A stretch of DNA of 64,000 nt from Octopus sinensis (Eukaryota). Location: positions 108,376,001 through 108,440,000 of the forward strand of contig NC_042999.1 of NCBI RefSeq assembly GCF_006345805.1, written 5' to 3'. Positions 1 to 12,823 of this stretch are shown here, in pieces; the stretch's first letter is position 1; each line of letters opens with the position of its first letter. Below the pieces are notes generated by a model, which saw nothing but the letters and a program-made list of their open reading frames with translations, had not been told where the DNA came from and did no database searches. A program made the translations under genes and the position numbers.

Positions 1-290
1 TTTGCCGAACCACTAAGTTACAGGGATGTAAACACACCTGCATCGGTTGTCAAGCGATGTTGGGGGAACAAATACAGACACACAAACATATACACACACA
101 CACACATATATATATATACATATATATGACAGGCTTCTTTCAGTTTCCGTCTACCAAATCTACTCACAAGGCTTTGGTCGGCCCAAGGCTATAGTAGAAG
201 ACACTTGCCCAAGATGCCACGCAGTGGGACTGAACCCAGAACCATGTGGTTGGCAAGCAAGCTACTAACCACACAGTGTCTCCTATGCCT
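1..290 (-). mobile_element. tRNA-derived SINE, family A (octopus OK/OR-like), cut by the window edge
   Basis: On the minus strand: tRNA-like head (TGTGTGGTTAG...GGTTCTGGGTTCAGTCCCACTG), then GGCATCTTGGGCAAGTGTC and an internal (TG/TA)n tract. Close to the copies at 20280, 53592 and 55088. Confidence 0.85.
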
Positions 291-302
291 CTGTTTACAT
301 AT

Positions 303-845
303 GGATTTCAAATCCTGTCAAGGTCATCTTTCCATTCTTTTGGAGTTGATAAAATAAGTACCAGTCAAATACTGGAATCAATATAATCAATCTTGCACCT
401 TCCACTTAAAATTGCTGGCCTTACACCAAAATTCGAATTTTTTGCTAATATTAAGGCAATGAACAAGCAGAATCATTGGTATATCAAACAAAATGTTTTC
501 AGATTTTTACATTCTTTGTTCAAATTTTGTCAAAGTCCGCTTTACTTTTGATCCTTTCAGGCTCAATATAATAAGCTCCAATTAAACACTGGGATCAATA
601 TAATTGACTTCACCCCCTCCCCTAAAACTGCCAGCCTTCAGCCAAAATTTGAAATCTTTATTATTATTGTTAGTAGTGAACTTAAAGAATCATTAGCATG
701 TCAGACAAAATGCTTAGTGGTATTTCCACCTACTCTTTACTTTCCTTACTTTGCCCATAATTATTTCAGGGTCAGTAAAATAAAATAGTGTTGGGGGTGC
801 AGTGGAGTGCTGACCTTGTGCCACAATTTGACACTATTATTATTA
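303..845 (+). mobile_element. Three head-to-tail decayed SINE family B copies
   Basis: The module TTCAAAT...TTT(T)GATCC/ATTCTTT...AAATAAG...CTGG..TCAAT...CAAAATTTGAA occurs three times; the second and third copies end in short (ATT)n tracts. Matches the young copy at 45668. Confidence 0.75.
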
Positions 846-864
846 GTACTATTATTATTATTAT

Positions 865-1150
865 GATGGCACATGGTTCAGTGGTTAGGGTGTTAGACTC
901 ACAATCATGAGGTAGTGAGTTCAGTCCTGGACCGAGCTTGTGTTCTTGATCAAAACACTAATTTCTTGTTGCTTATAGGAATGAGTTGTGATGTCACTGG
1001 TGCCAAGCTGTATCAGCCTTTGCTTTTCCCTTAGATAATGTCAGTGGCATGGAGAGTGGGGTGCTGGTATGCATGGGTGACTGCTGATCTTCCATAAACA
1101 ACCTTGCCTTAATTTGTGCCTCAGAGGGGAACTTTCTAGGTGCAACCCTG
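865..1150 (+). mobile_element. tRNA-derived SINE, family C
   Basis: A-box-like TGGTTCAGTGGTTAGG and B-box-like GAGTTCAGTCC, then TGTGTTCTTGATCAAAACAC. Related heads occur at 12823, 36865, 51750 and 53270. Confidence 0.7.
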
Positions 1151-1159
1151 CGAGGGGTC

Positions 1160-2490
1160 CTTTTTTCTTTTTGTTACTATCATGTTTTCATTGTTGGTGC
1201 TGCTTTGTTTTATACAAACTGTTTCACCCAAAAACCTCAAGAGACAGCAAGTTGGACATTTTCTCTGTTGGTGTTATTTATGAATAACAATTATATATTT
1301 CGGGCAAAATACTTGAAATCAAAATTTCACAAAAAGTCTGTCGCAATATTTGCAATTTTGAAAGAGTATAAAATATTCACATACTCTTAAACTGACAGTA
1401 TTTTTCTTAGAATTTGGTTCGTATCCATGAGAGAAATTTATTGTTGTTTTGATACTTTTAAGTTTCCAGTATTTGACCATGGTATTTAAAAGCGCTGTTA
1501 AATATCACCAAACATCTGATGATCACGGGAACAATTGTTGTTTGTAGATGACACATTTTTAAGACCTTTATTTCAAGGTCTTTGTATTTATTTAACTTTT
1601 CAAATCATATATTTTCACAGTGATGTTGCAGTCTGCTGAGATTGACATATTTATGAGAAAACATGTTTCATCAACATTGTTTTTCCCACACAATGTATTG
1701 TCTATTGGCCTGAATAGCTCAATCAGTTCTACTACTAAAGTCCCAAAGAATGGTGATATTTTTATTTTCTCCTACTTCAAGAGGCTTATATTCCTATCAG
1801 TCTTTCTCAAATAGGAGTCCAAACTGATGGTATATGATCCAGTGCAAAAAACTGCCCAATCTATTTAGGTGATTAGTATACTCATTTGAAGATAACATAA
1901 AATAGCCTGAAATGAAGAGGTCAAATTTTTCTCTGGTTACATCACAAAAGTGGCAGGTAGGATCAGCAGCATTTTGAAGACAGTTGGCTTGATAGTTTCT
2001 AGTTGTCAGACACTGATCTTGAGTGGCTATAACGAAGCTTTCTGTTTCTGATTTAAGTCCAGATACATCCAGCCTCTGCTGTGTCACATCTGTATCAACA
2101 TCAAGATTGCTGGCCCTTGTTAGGTATTTATTATGTAATGCCTTACTTTTTCATCAATTACACAGTTATATCATTATGCAATTCCATTTAATTTGGCTTG
2201 TACATTTTATTTGTTTTGCTTCCACAGTGATTCTTCTGTTTTATTGAGTTGTGCTGCAGTCTTAAGATCTTTAATTCCTTTACATATTTCTTTTGATATT
2301 GAGTGTAATTTCTTGGTGCTTTCATGCATACAGACAAATTCAAGTGTCCAGTTATTAGGTATTTTTAGATAGGTATCTTAGCATATGGTTGTTATTGGAG
2401 ACAGTTGCAGCTGCATCAGTCCATGTCATCTATCCTTTTATGGGATGTATATTCTGCTTACATCTGCCTTTGGGTCATGCATGCAGTAAA
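1160..2490 (-). mobile_element. Decayed R4/Dong-clade non-LTR retrotransposon, 3' part (post-RT region, zinc knuckle, REL endonuclease, 3' UTR)
   Basis: Minus-strand translation across stops and frameshifts: MHDPKADVSRIYIP...HESTKKLHSISKE...SGLKSETESFVIATQDQCLTTRNY...DPTCHFC...ITILWDF...QANR...EKLNKYKDLEIK...TTIVPVII. This motif order is characteristic of R4-clade elements. Confidence 0.85.
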
Positions 2491-2491
2491 T

Positions 2492-2568
2492 AACCACTAC
2501 TACTACTACTACTACCGCCACCACCACCACTACTACTACTACCTCCACCACCATCATCATCATCACTA
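2492..2568 (+). repeat. Compound trinucleotide microsatellite (CTA)n(CCA)n(CAT)n
   Basis: Directly visible. It generates the poly-Y/poly-H ORF 2405..2602. Confidence 0.9.
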
Positions 2569-2894
2569 TTTTCAGTTTTCATTTGCTGTCACACAGTATT
2601 GATATAATTATGCTTCTTATCAAACCACAACTATGGAAACCATTTTTTTTTTCTTTAATTCCATCTCATGTGAAAACCTTTTTATACTATTTATATCTAT
2701 CCTTGTCTTGTATTAAGGACTTTCTGGTTGATTCTTTTCTGAACCATGTAAACAGGTTTTTTGAAGTATAACCCTGTCCCAGATTAGAATCTAATATTTC
2801 AATGTTTTCTCTTCAGTTCTTTGTTAGAGATCTCAAGTGGCAGGGTCAAGCCTTCGTTAAACTTATTTATTCTAGCATTTGAGAATTTCATACT

Positions 2895-3070
2895 AGGTGC
2901 AAGAGTATGGTAAGAAGCTTGCGTCCCAACCACATGGTTCCAGGGTTAGTCCCACTGCGTGGCACCTTAGGCAAGTGTTTTCTACTATAGCCTTATGCAG
3001 ACCAAAGTCTTGTGAGTGGATTTAATAGATGGAAACGGAAAGAAGACCATCGTATATATAACTGTGTATG
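2895..3070 (+). mobile_element. SINE family A, 5' half
   Basis: GGTAAGAAGCTTGCGTCCCAACCACATGGTTCCAGGGTTAGTCCCACTGCGTGGCACCTTAGGCAAG... Confidence 0.8.
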
Positions 3071-5479
3071 TCATTCAACCACAGTAGTGGTTGAATATAG
3101 TCTTGAGTCTACCATTTCATCAATTGCTTCCAAGCTTCACCACTAATTCAGTTCTCAACTAAATTACAAATTGTTAATAGTTTTAAAGAGGGCTTTCATC
3201 TAGTGTTAATGCCATTGTTGTTGTAGTTATGGCATACATACATACATACATGCAATGATTTAGAAAATGTGCTTTAATATGTGCTGGTGGCAGTTGTGAT
3301 GGTGGTGGTGGTGCTAATGCTGGTGGTGATTAGATAAATGACGGAGCATTATATTTTGCTGTATAACAGTATTTGATTTCATGTGTTACTTTTATGCCTG
3401 AAGCATTGATAAAAGAAGTGCTAATGATTTAATGAAATTGAGTATTTATTTATTTATTTATACTATATTGCAATTCATGAACAATAAATAGCATTGCTAA
3501 TTACCAATTTACTGCATGCTAATATTTGGTTTACTACATACCTAGCTGTCAGAGCAACAAGGGAGTATCTGTAACTTCGTGTGAAACAAGTATCTCAAAG
3601 GGCTTACATAATAGGCTTTTTCCACTCACAAGGTATTAATCAACTTGAGTCTGTGAGAAAAGACACTTGCTCACGGTAGAAGTGAACCCAGAACCATGTT
3701 ATTGCAAAGCAAATTTCTTAATCACACTACCACACCTACCCCCATTTTGTTCATTATAATCTTCCACTATAGTAATACAATTGATTATAATCTTCTGCTG
3801 TAATAATTCTGTTGGTTATTATCTTCTGCTATAAAAACTTACCTTATGCCTATGTGCAAAAAAAATAAAATAAAAATATCAATATCTGTATGATTTAGAA
3901 AGTATGGCTGAATTGCATTTTAAAAATGTTGTGAAGAATGGAGATAACCTGAAATTGACAGGGTGGAAAATGGTAAGACATATTTGTCACTGACAAATCA
4001 AAAGAAACTGGAGGGGGGCATACAAATAATTTTAGACAAATAAATTTAGAGTGGAAGAGAGAAGTGAAAATGATAAAGCAATGTGTAAGTTGGAAAAAAA
4101 ACTGATACATTCTTTTGGTGAACAGGAACAACTGCAGAAAAAGTAAATTTTGATGGAAAAAGAGGAGGAGAAGAGAAAGAAACTGCTACAGGAACAGGAG
4201 ATAGAGATCAAAGAAGACAGTTTATCTGCCAGAGTTAAAATCAAATGCAGGATATCTCCAGATTTTTAAAGGCTTTTAAAATTAAATAAAAATGCCATTA
4301 TTTGATTTGACCCTAGTACTGATAACACATCGATGTGAATTTATTTTATCTTTATATTCTTTCCTGCTAAAATGCTAACTTTCAGAGAAAAATATTCCTA
4401 ATTTTCAAAGATAGTTATTAATACTCTTTTGAAAATGATATCTTTCTTAAGTATAGAATTCAGACAGTAAAAGAAAAGCAATTCAGTTTTGTCTGTTTTC
4501 ATGCAATAGAATGTTCTTGGATTGCTGCCAGCAGTATTTTGACCAACATAAAGAGATGTATACAATGAATAATGGTTTATGTGTAAAATGGTTTTCTGAT
4601 ACTGTGAGCTGGGAAAGATAAAATTCAGCTTGGTGTCATTGAGCAAGAATCATTACATACAAAGGAAACATGTTTCTGGGAATAAGGATTCTTGCTTTCT
4701 TGAGGGCAGTTTTCTTGTATTCTATGGAAAATTTGTAGAATGTTAAAAATTAAACATTTGATCTATCTCTGTCTGCAAGTCATCTATATGTCTACTTGGC
4801 AATCTTTATATATACATTTTAATATTCTTAGTTTTAATAAACTATTTATAACTGTGCCAAACACTATCTCTTTAAATTTGGCATGTATTCCAATATGAAA
4901 ATTAATCTAGTCTTCCATTCTACCCAAGTGAGATTACCAATAAGAATTTCTTAACTATTTTCTCAGTATAAATATTGAAGAGCTATTCTTCATCTCTGTT
5001 TAAATATGTTCATGCTACTCTAAGTAACAACCTTGCTCTTCCTATATTATATGGGTATACCAAATCAATGTTGTGCCAGTTTTGTCACCCCCTAATCACC
5101 TGAATATTCAAAGGAAGCGGAGCAGTCATCTAGCAAATGCTCTTCTTGATTCAATTAGCACATGGTGCACATGCTAAATTTAAAAGGTTTGTAAGATTAA
5201 CTTTTCAAATTAATTAACCTCATGTTTAAGGATGAATTTTATTTTTAGATATTGACATCAGCATTACTGATCAAAATATTTGATCTTCAACTATCATCAG
5301 GCTTCTTATATAATCAGCAACAAGAATGTTATCTTCAACAAAAAGTAAATAAATAAATAAAGTTTCTCCACTTTGAATCTGCTTTAGTATTTTGTGCACA
5401 TCCAACAAGAGTCCTAAAGATGATTGGATATTTAAACATTTGAAATATATTGTAGATGTAAATACTAGTTTCTTACTAG

Positions 5480-6601
5480 TTTCTCAGTCACTAGTCATTG
5501 CCTTTGTGAGGCCCATAGTTGAGAGATCATGGGTCACCACCTCATCCCATGTCTTCCTGGGTCTATCTCTACCACAGGTTCCCTCCTCAGTTAGGTATTG
5601 GCATTTCTTTATACAGCTGTCCTCGCCTATACACATCACATGACCATACTAGCACATTCACATCTCTTGCACACCACATCTGATGCTTCTTATGCCTAAC
5701 TTTTCTCTCAAGAAGCTACACTCTATCGGACATACACACTGACATTGCACATTCAGCGAAGCATATTGGCTTCATCTCTTTCAAGCCTATGCATATCCTC
5801 AGCTATCACTGTTTTTGTTTCACTGCTATGTAGCATAGTTGTTTGCGCACAAGCATCATACAATCTACCTTTCTCTCCGAGAGAGAGGCTTTTGTTGCCA
5901 GCAGTAGCAGGAGCTCTCTAAACTTTGCCCTAATCTTATTCTGACAGCTATGCTCTCAGAGCATCCACCTCTGCTACTAGCTCGATCACCTTGGTAATGG
6001 AAACTATCTACTACCTTTAGCTTACCTCTGTGGCAGTTGATGGAGTCTATTTTCTGTATATTTTCAGTGTATATTGTAGCTGTGCATCTTTCACACTCGA
6101 AAACTATTTTCCTGTTAACTTTCCTTTGATATTGCTGCACCTTCAATGTGTCCAAAGCTTACACCGGGTGCATCTTACAGAGTTGCTACCTATGCCTTTT
6201 CAACAGATCTAGCAGGCCCATTTACCTGAAGGGACTTGTGATTTGTCTGCCTTCCTACTTAGTAAGAATTTGATTTTTGTTAGGTTAACTCTAAGACCCT
6301 TTGATTCTAGACCTTGCTGCCATACCAGGAACTTCTCTAATTCTGGTAGTGATTCAGCTATAAAAACAAGGTCATCAGTGTAGAGGGGCTCCCAGGGGCA
6401 GCCTGTCTTGAATTCCTCTGTTATTGTCTGGAGGACTATGATGAACAAGAGAGGGCCAAGGACTGATCCTTGGTGAACCCCTACTTGTACCGTGAATTCT
6501 TCACTGTACTCGTTGCCAATCCTCACCTTACTGGTAGTGTCTGTACATGGCTTGTACAGCTGTCTCCAGCTACTCATTTATCCCTCGTTTCCACATTGAT
6601 C
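5480..6601 (-). mobile_element. RTE-clade LINE fragment (RT C-terminal half to end of ORF; no 3' UTR)
   Basis: SMWKRGINE*LETAVQAMY...KVRIGNEYSEEFTVQVGVHQGSVLGPLLF...PLYTDDLV (YADD motif)...GLRVN...VVDSFHY...CGRDRPRKTWDEVV, with stops and frameshifts. Confidence 0.9.
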
Positions 6602-8524
6602 TAGGGTTCAGCAGATTGGGTACAACAATGACACTCAAAAGTATGATCATTAATGGTATTGCTAGTGCAATGCCTGCTTCAGACACCTGCATACTGTGTT
6701 ATGAAAAGCTAGCACCTAAGCAAAGAATCTATTTAAAGAGGAAAGACTTACATAGACACCAGCTCTTTCTGTCTTGCACACACTCACACTGTCTCACACA
6801 CACACACACACACTCTCTCTCTTTTGCTCAAATATGTTTCTTCTTACAAGAAGAAATGAGTAGTGGTTTCAATTCAGTTAATTATATCCTTTCCTTACTA
6901 CGTAAACAAATAGTAATAGTTTATTTTTGAGAAACTTCTGTTTAGACAAGTAATATGGATCTTAGTCTCAAAATTTTATTGTAAATGGTTTTATATTAAT
7001 TTCATGCATGTGCGTGTACACATACATGCACACGCACACACACACACATGTAATTTTGCCTTTGTTACTACTCTGTTTCATTTATTCATTTTGTTACACT
7101 GGCAATGAAAAGATATGAGTAAATCAGAGTAGTAACTAGGAAGCCTCAGCTTTAAATAGACAAATCAACTCTGTGTATTGAGTATTTTTTTTCCTCTCAT
7201 TTTTGCATTCAGATTCATGCGTGTGTGTGTCTTAGTCAGGCTCAATTCTCCTCTAGCTACATCAGTGGAACCTGAACTATTTTAGAAATAATGCAAGATG
7301 AACAGTAAAGAAAAAGAACATTCATTAAATATAATGAAACAAGGCCAAGCCTGTTGTCAGTAAATTATCTCCAGGAAATGATACGTAGCATATGGTGTTG
7401 ATAGAGAAGTATGGTAGATTATCATATGGATTAGTTTAACAGACAAGTGATTTAAATAAGTCCCTTGGGATTAATTAAGAAACAAAATATAAAAGAAAAA
7501 TTATGGCAAGGAGGATTTACGAAATTTAATAAATTCTACTCACAATTTACAACTATATTAAGTTTTAATATTAGCTCTTGCGCTAATGTGTTTTTCCTCA
7601 TCACAGCATGATTTTAATTATTTGAGATTTTAGTGTTGTAAACTCATTTCAGCTATTCGAGATTTGGAGTTGTTGCATTCAGCTTGTTTTAAACAGATTT
7701 AAGCATTGATCCAATGTTTGCTTCCTCTCAATGGCCAAGAGAATCTTGATTAATTAAAAATTTCTTGCCTGCTGCATTATGTGTTAGCTCATACCTTATT
7801 AGTTATAGTGGATGTAGGCATGGCCAAGGGGTTTAGAAGTTCGCTTCCCAATCATGAGCTGCCAACTCCAATTCCATTATGTAGAATTTTTGACAAGTAC
7901 CAAAAATTTGTATGCAGAAAAGGGTTAGTGGAAAATGTGTAGAAGCTTTGAACTCAAAATAGATTGTATCTGTGAATCACAAGTCCAGCATTATTATATA
8001 TTATATTATACTGATTTTGCCTGAGTATTACATTAAGGGTATACATGTTTGTAGCCAACCACATTTTCTAATGTACGAGTCAATGTAGTACATAGTGTAA
8101 ACATGTAGTGTAAATATCATCACTGTCTTTCCAAATTCTGCTGCACTTATCATGGAATTTTGGTCTTCCAAAGTTGTCTTGGCATATAAGTCAACCTACT
8201 ATTTTGGCTGTAAATTTTGCACTGAAAATTTTGATTTCAACTTGTATGCCAGAAAATATGGTTCTCTGCTGCTTGTGCCTTATCTTAGTGTGTAATAGCT
8301 CAGTCAATTGAAGAACTGAGTACTCATTGTGGAAATGGCAAACAGAAAATCTGCCATCATTGTTAGTTTTGAAAGACTTATTCTTAGTTGTTTGTCTTTC
8401 ATGTTGGAAGAGAAATGATGGCAGTCATAAGCATTAATAATAGCTGATTACAAAGAGGAATATCATGAACATTAATCTCAATAATCTTAGGGGCTTCTGC
8501 AAGGGCCAGAGATACAGTCTCTGT

Positions 8525-8752
8525 CTAACCCTTTAAGATTAAAATCAGCCTTATCCGGCCAAAATATACTACATGTTTCATGTTCAGATCTGACATATCT
8601 GACCTCTCACACCTACCTTACAATGTCATTCTAAAAATAAACAATCACATCATTAATATCTTGAAGCTACAAGATAATGCATAATTAATTCAAAACAATG
8701 TAAATAAATAAGTATTGCATTTGACGAAGTAATCTGAATGCTAAAAGGTCAA
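8525..8752. mobile_element. MITE with piggyBac-type ends (family P1)
   Basis: Ends TAACCCTTTAAG...CTGAATGCTAAAAGGTCAA approximate TTAACCCTTTAGCATT. Homologous body in opposite orientation at 10471 and 17173. Confidence 0.65.
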
Positions 8753-10470
8753 AGCAAACCCTAAAAAAAAATTATTAAAAAAGTTTAGGAATAGCATTAC
8801 TATTTTCTTCCATCTACCTTTGCCCACCTGCCATACGTGTGCATGCACACTTATGCACACACACACACACACACTTTCATGGAATGGCTAATTCATAGGA
8901 ATATAATCAGCTTTCTTAGAATAAAGAACTTTGCATGGAAATTCTTAATGCCATTTTGTTTAGCCCATAACCATCAATCCATCAAAAAGTATATTTTCTT
9001 TCATCTATACATTCACAATGATATATAACCACTAATATAGTTCACTCTATGTCACGTGTACTCTAAATTTGTATATACATTGTGTGCATGTGCTGTGTAC
9101 ATTGATGAGGGCTGGCTGAAATGAATCTGTGTGTTGAATGAAACTACCTTGTGGCATTTTCATCCAGCTGATAACTTTTGGTTGACTTGGCTTTCAACAG
9201 CTATATGACATCCAAAGACTAAAATCAGTAAAAGATAAGAAAAGGGAAATTGCAGCCAGGCTGCAGTATGATTTAGACCAATTTCTCTGAAGTAAAGCCT
9301 ATGCTGCTCTCAACAAAACATGGTAATATTAATTTGATATGTATCATTCACATACAAAATTTTTATTTAAAAACGTAATAAAGTGCCATCTGACATTTTG
9401 CAAGTATAGTGAAAAATCTCAGGAATCTCAGCTGTTTCAAATGTTTGATATTGTTGTGCTTGAAGGATTATCCTAAGATGGTATGAGTGTATAAGTGATG
9501 CATGTGTGCACATGCACACACATACATGCCCATGTGCACGCACACACATACACTAACATAGACAGCTTTACCTTATATAATTTTGCAAGGGACAAGGCAA
9601 CTTCTCTCTTTCTCTCTGTTCTTGTCTCTCTCTCCCTCTCTCTCTCTCCCTCTCTCTCTCTCCTATCTATCTATCTATCTTTAGTGCCTGTGTCAGTAAA
9701 ATGAACCCAGGCACTCTGCAAAGTAGTTGACTTTTGAAAAGAAACCCAGCCATAGACTACCATGGCAAAGCGGAATGTGTAAGATATGGTCTTTTGAACC
9801 ATCTAAAAGGGCAGTAAACTCCAAATAAGAATTGGCTTGAACCATGCTTAAATGGAAAAAGGAGATAAAGTGGTGGTGCTGGTGCTAGTGTTAGCGTCAG
9901 TAGTTGTGGCCTCTAGATTATTTGGAAATAATTGAAAAGGCCTAATTTAAATCAATTTAATTATATTGTATTTGTTGATATCCCCAACGTTAATGTTACA
10001 CTGCGATATAATGGTTAATTTCAAGATAAATGAAATTATGAAAGATCAGTGGAATTGTGTTGCTACTTACATTCAACTATATTGATCTATTTATTTGAAA
10101 TGTGCCTTTTAATAGTGGTTGCTTGAAATGTGTGCATTTATACGCGTGTGTGCAAGCATATATATACACACATATATACACAGGCATACATACAGACACA
10201 TAAATGCACATTCAGGCTCATGCACACACTGTTTGTTAGTAGGACAGCTAATCTGCTGGTGGTGAATGGTTACAAAGTTTTTTGTGATCCTATGATAGAA
10301 GATAATGCAGTTAGTTTGTCCAGTAAAAGCTGGAATTTCAATATGATAGATAAAATTGGTTGCATATGTATGGTCTTACTCTGATCATGAATATGCAGGA
10401 AGCTCTGTAAATATGGTTCAGATCTTGGGATAAGATCTTTTTTTTTTGTCAATCATAGGGACTCAATGGT

Positions 10471-10699
10471 TTAACACTTTAGCATTCAGATTAATCTGTC
10501 AAATATCATACATGTTCATTCACATTGATTTGAATTGATCATGCATTATCTTGTAGCTTTGAAATTTCACTTATGTGATTGTGTATGTTTAGAATGACAT
10601 TGCTGGGTAGGTATGAGAGGCCAGATCCAGCCAGTTTGATTATTAAACAGGTTGACAATTTGGTGCTAGATATGGCCAGTTTAAATGCTAACACATTAA
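10471..10699. mobile_element. MITE family P1 copy
   Basis: TTAACACTTTAGCATTCAGA...AAATGCTAACACATTAA, with TTAA at both ends. Confidence 0.7.
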
Positions 10700-10733
10700 A
10701 TATTCTACAGGCAAAAACTTGTCATTAGAGATA

Positions 10734-11050
10734 CAGGCTTGGGTGTACGGTTAAGAAGTTTGCTTCACAACTACGTGGTTTCAAGTTCAGTCCCATTGCA
10801 CAGCACCTTGGGCAACTATCTCCTATCATAATCCAAGGCTGGCAAATGCCTTGTGAGTTAATTTGGTAGGGAGAAAACGTTCTGGAAATCTGACATATAT
10901 ACATTTATATGTGTGTGCCTCTGTGTGTGTGATCCCCACAATTATTGATTTGTTTGTGTCCTCATAACTTAGTGGTTCAGCAAAAGGGAGTAATAAAATA
11001 GTCACTGGACAAAAGAAAATAACAGTAAATAAGTACTGGGTTAATTTGAT
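10734..11050 (+). mobile_element. SINE family A whose 3' end runs into a minisatellite
   Basis: tRNA-like head, CACCTTGGGCAA core, then CATAACTTAGTGGTTCAGCAAAA...AAATAAGTACTGGGTTAATTTG. Confidence 0.75.
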
Positions 11051-11285
11051 TGACTAAATTTTTAAGCTGGTACTCCAGCAAGATCACATGACTAAATTTT
11101 TGAGCTGGTACTCCAGCAAGATCACATGACTAAATTTTTGAGCTGGTACTCCAGCATGATCACAGGACTAAATTTTTGAGCTGGTACTCCAGCATGATCA
11201 CATGACTAAATTTTTGAGCTGGTACTCCAGCATGATCACATGACTAAATTTTTGAGCTGGTACTCCAGCATGATCACATGACTAA
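11051..11285 (+). repeat. 38-bp minisatellite, 6 full units plus a partial unit
   Basis: Unit TGACTAAATTTTTGAGCTGGTACTCCAGCATGATCACA starts at 11051, 11089, 11127, 11165, 11203 and 11241, with 0-2 differences per unit. Confidence 0.97.
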
Positions 11286-11329
11286 GTTTTCTCTATATGT
11301 GTCTATTTCAAGTGCTACTTACTGGAAAA

Positions 11330-12260
11330 ATACTGGTTAGGCTATTCCGGGTTCATAAGGGTTTTTTTCATCCTCTGGTCAAGGAGAGATAATCCATTTT
11401 CATTAACGTTTTTATACATTAGCCGTTATATCTCAATATTTGAGTGTTTCCTCACGTCTGTGTGGTAGAAAGCTTAATTATTTTGTCTTTGTATAGAGTC
11501 TGACAAACTGTTCACTAGGGCTGTGGCTTTCGCGGATATGAAACCTTTGGTAACTTTATGACCAGAATTTGACTTTTTGTTTCAATAATTACTGCTCTAT
11601 TCTTTAGAGTGTGCTTCCTCTCTGATATATGTTTTATTGACTATATATATAATAGAACAAAGTGTACGTACATATATATATATATGAAAAATATTGAGAC
11701 AAAAATTCAAAATGTATCAAATTTGTCTTTTATATACATATTGTGCAATTAAAACAAGTGGAGAAAAAAACCTGTCAAAGGGTCGATAAACACTGTAGAG
11801 TCAACAGCCATCAGGCAGATGGGAGTGAGGGACCCCTAGTCTTTCTTTAGACATCGCTCTAAGAAAAGAAAAATTTTGATGTAACACTTGCAATTTTATT
11901 AGCATTCAACAGTGTGGACTGGTTCATCTGAGGCAAATGCTTAGAGAGTGAGACTGGTTCTGTGCAAGGCCTTTCCTCATTTTAAAAAGTTTCAAGCACA
12001 TGCATCCTTTGTGTTTTAACATCTCTATTAGGTGTTGTATGTTATGACTGTTCATAGCTGAAAAAACAAAATACTCAATGAAGAATCCCATGATGGAATG
12101 AAGACATATGTTGAGGTGTGTGCAACACTCTCTGAACACCTGCTGCAAGAGGTACTCATCATTGCTATATTTGTGTGAAATGGTGTAGGGTTCTAGCAGG
12201 CACAAGAAGCCACATCTGTGCTGCTTTAAGAGAACAATCAAGCAAGTTGCAACCCTCACA
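11330..12260 (-). mobile_element. Possible decayed Penelope-like element junction (3' end/pLTR followed by ORF start)
   Basis: A-rich minus strand. One frame of about 100 codons with about 5 stops (SGHKVTKGFISAKATALVNSL...) lies at 11330-11640, and a CCTGATGG motif near 11810. The family call is inference only. Confidence 0.35.
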
Positions 12261-12298
12261 TGTATGTATGTATGAATGTATGTATGTATGTATGTATG

Positions 12299-12368
<70 letters not shown>

Positions 12369-12410
12369 TGTATGCATGTGTGTGTGTGTATACATACATA
12401 CACACACATC
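12260..12410. repeat. Compound (TATG)n(TA)n(TG)n microsatellite
   Basis: Directly visible. Source of five overlapping spurious ORFs. Confidence 0.97.
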
Positions 12411-12529
12411 CATCTATTGGCTTTAAGACAGAAGAATAAGTACTCAACACTATGGTATAATATTTTCAAGCTGATCTAGTTGACTGTTTGTCTAGAATCT
12501 CCCTGACTTCCAGTCTGTTCACTTTTTTT

Positions 12530-12823
12530 CTTTTTGTTCCTTCTTGAGCCATGCCCGGCTCATAACGGTCAGTTTCTCGGTTTCCTTGGCGTATAGGTTC
12601 CTCACCTGGATGGGATGCAGGTGAGCTGCAAGATGCAGGAGGAAAGAGTGAGAGAAAGTAGTGGCGAAAGAGTCAGCAGAAGTTCGCCATTACCTTCTGC
12701 CTGAGCCACGTGGAGCTTAGGTGTTTCGCTCATAAACACACACACCACCCGGTCTGAGATTCGAACCTGTGATCCTTCAACTGCTAGACTGCTACTCTAA
12801 CCACTAGGCCATGTGCCTCCACA
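12530..12823 (-). mobile_element. SINE family C (well-preserved tRNA head)
   Basis: Minus strand: GGAGGCACATGGCCTAGTGGTTAGAG...GGTTCGAATCTCAGACC (A and B boxes), followed by a non-tRNA body. Confidence 0.8.

Noticed and set aside
1182-1283. Signal-peptide-like ORF MFSLLVLLCFIQTVSPKNLKRQQ
   Set aside because: Lies antisense to the probable 3' UTR of the R4 remnant; only 33 codons and no downstream exon identified.
2405-2602. His/Tyr-rich ORF
   Set aside because: Microsatellite plus antisense R4 sequence.
7213-7285. Possible terminal exon FMRVCVLVRLNSPLATSVEPELF*
   Set aside because: Good acceptor only; no recognisable homology or linked exon, and it includes a (GT)n run.
11051-11285. CRISPR-like array (regular repeats with an internal hairpin)
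   Set aside because: Units are contiguous with no unique spacers, derive from a SINE tail, and no cas genes are present; the context is eukaryotic.
11924-12479. Longest ORF (181 aa) and overlapping ORFs
   Set aside because: Read-through of (TA)n and (TATG)n tracts giving YIYI/HTYI repeats; not a protein.
12750-12823. tRNA gene
   Set aside because: A and B boxes are present, but it continues into a SINE body with no complete cloverleaf; the same applies to the other SINE heads.
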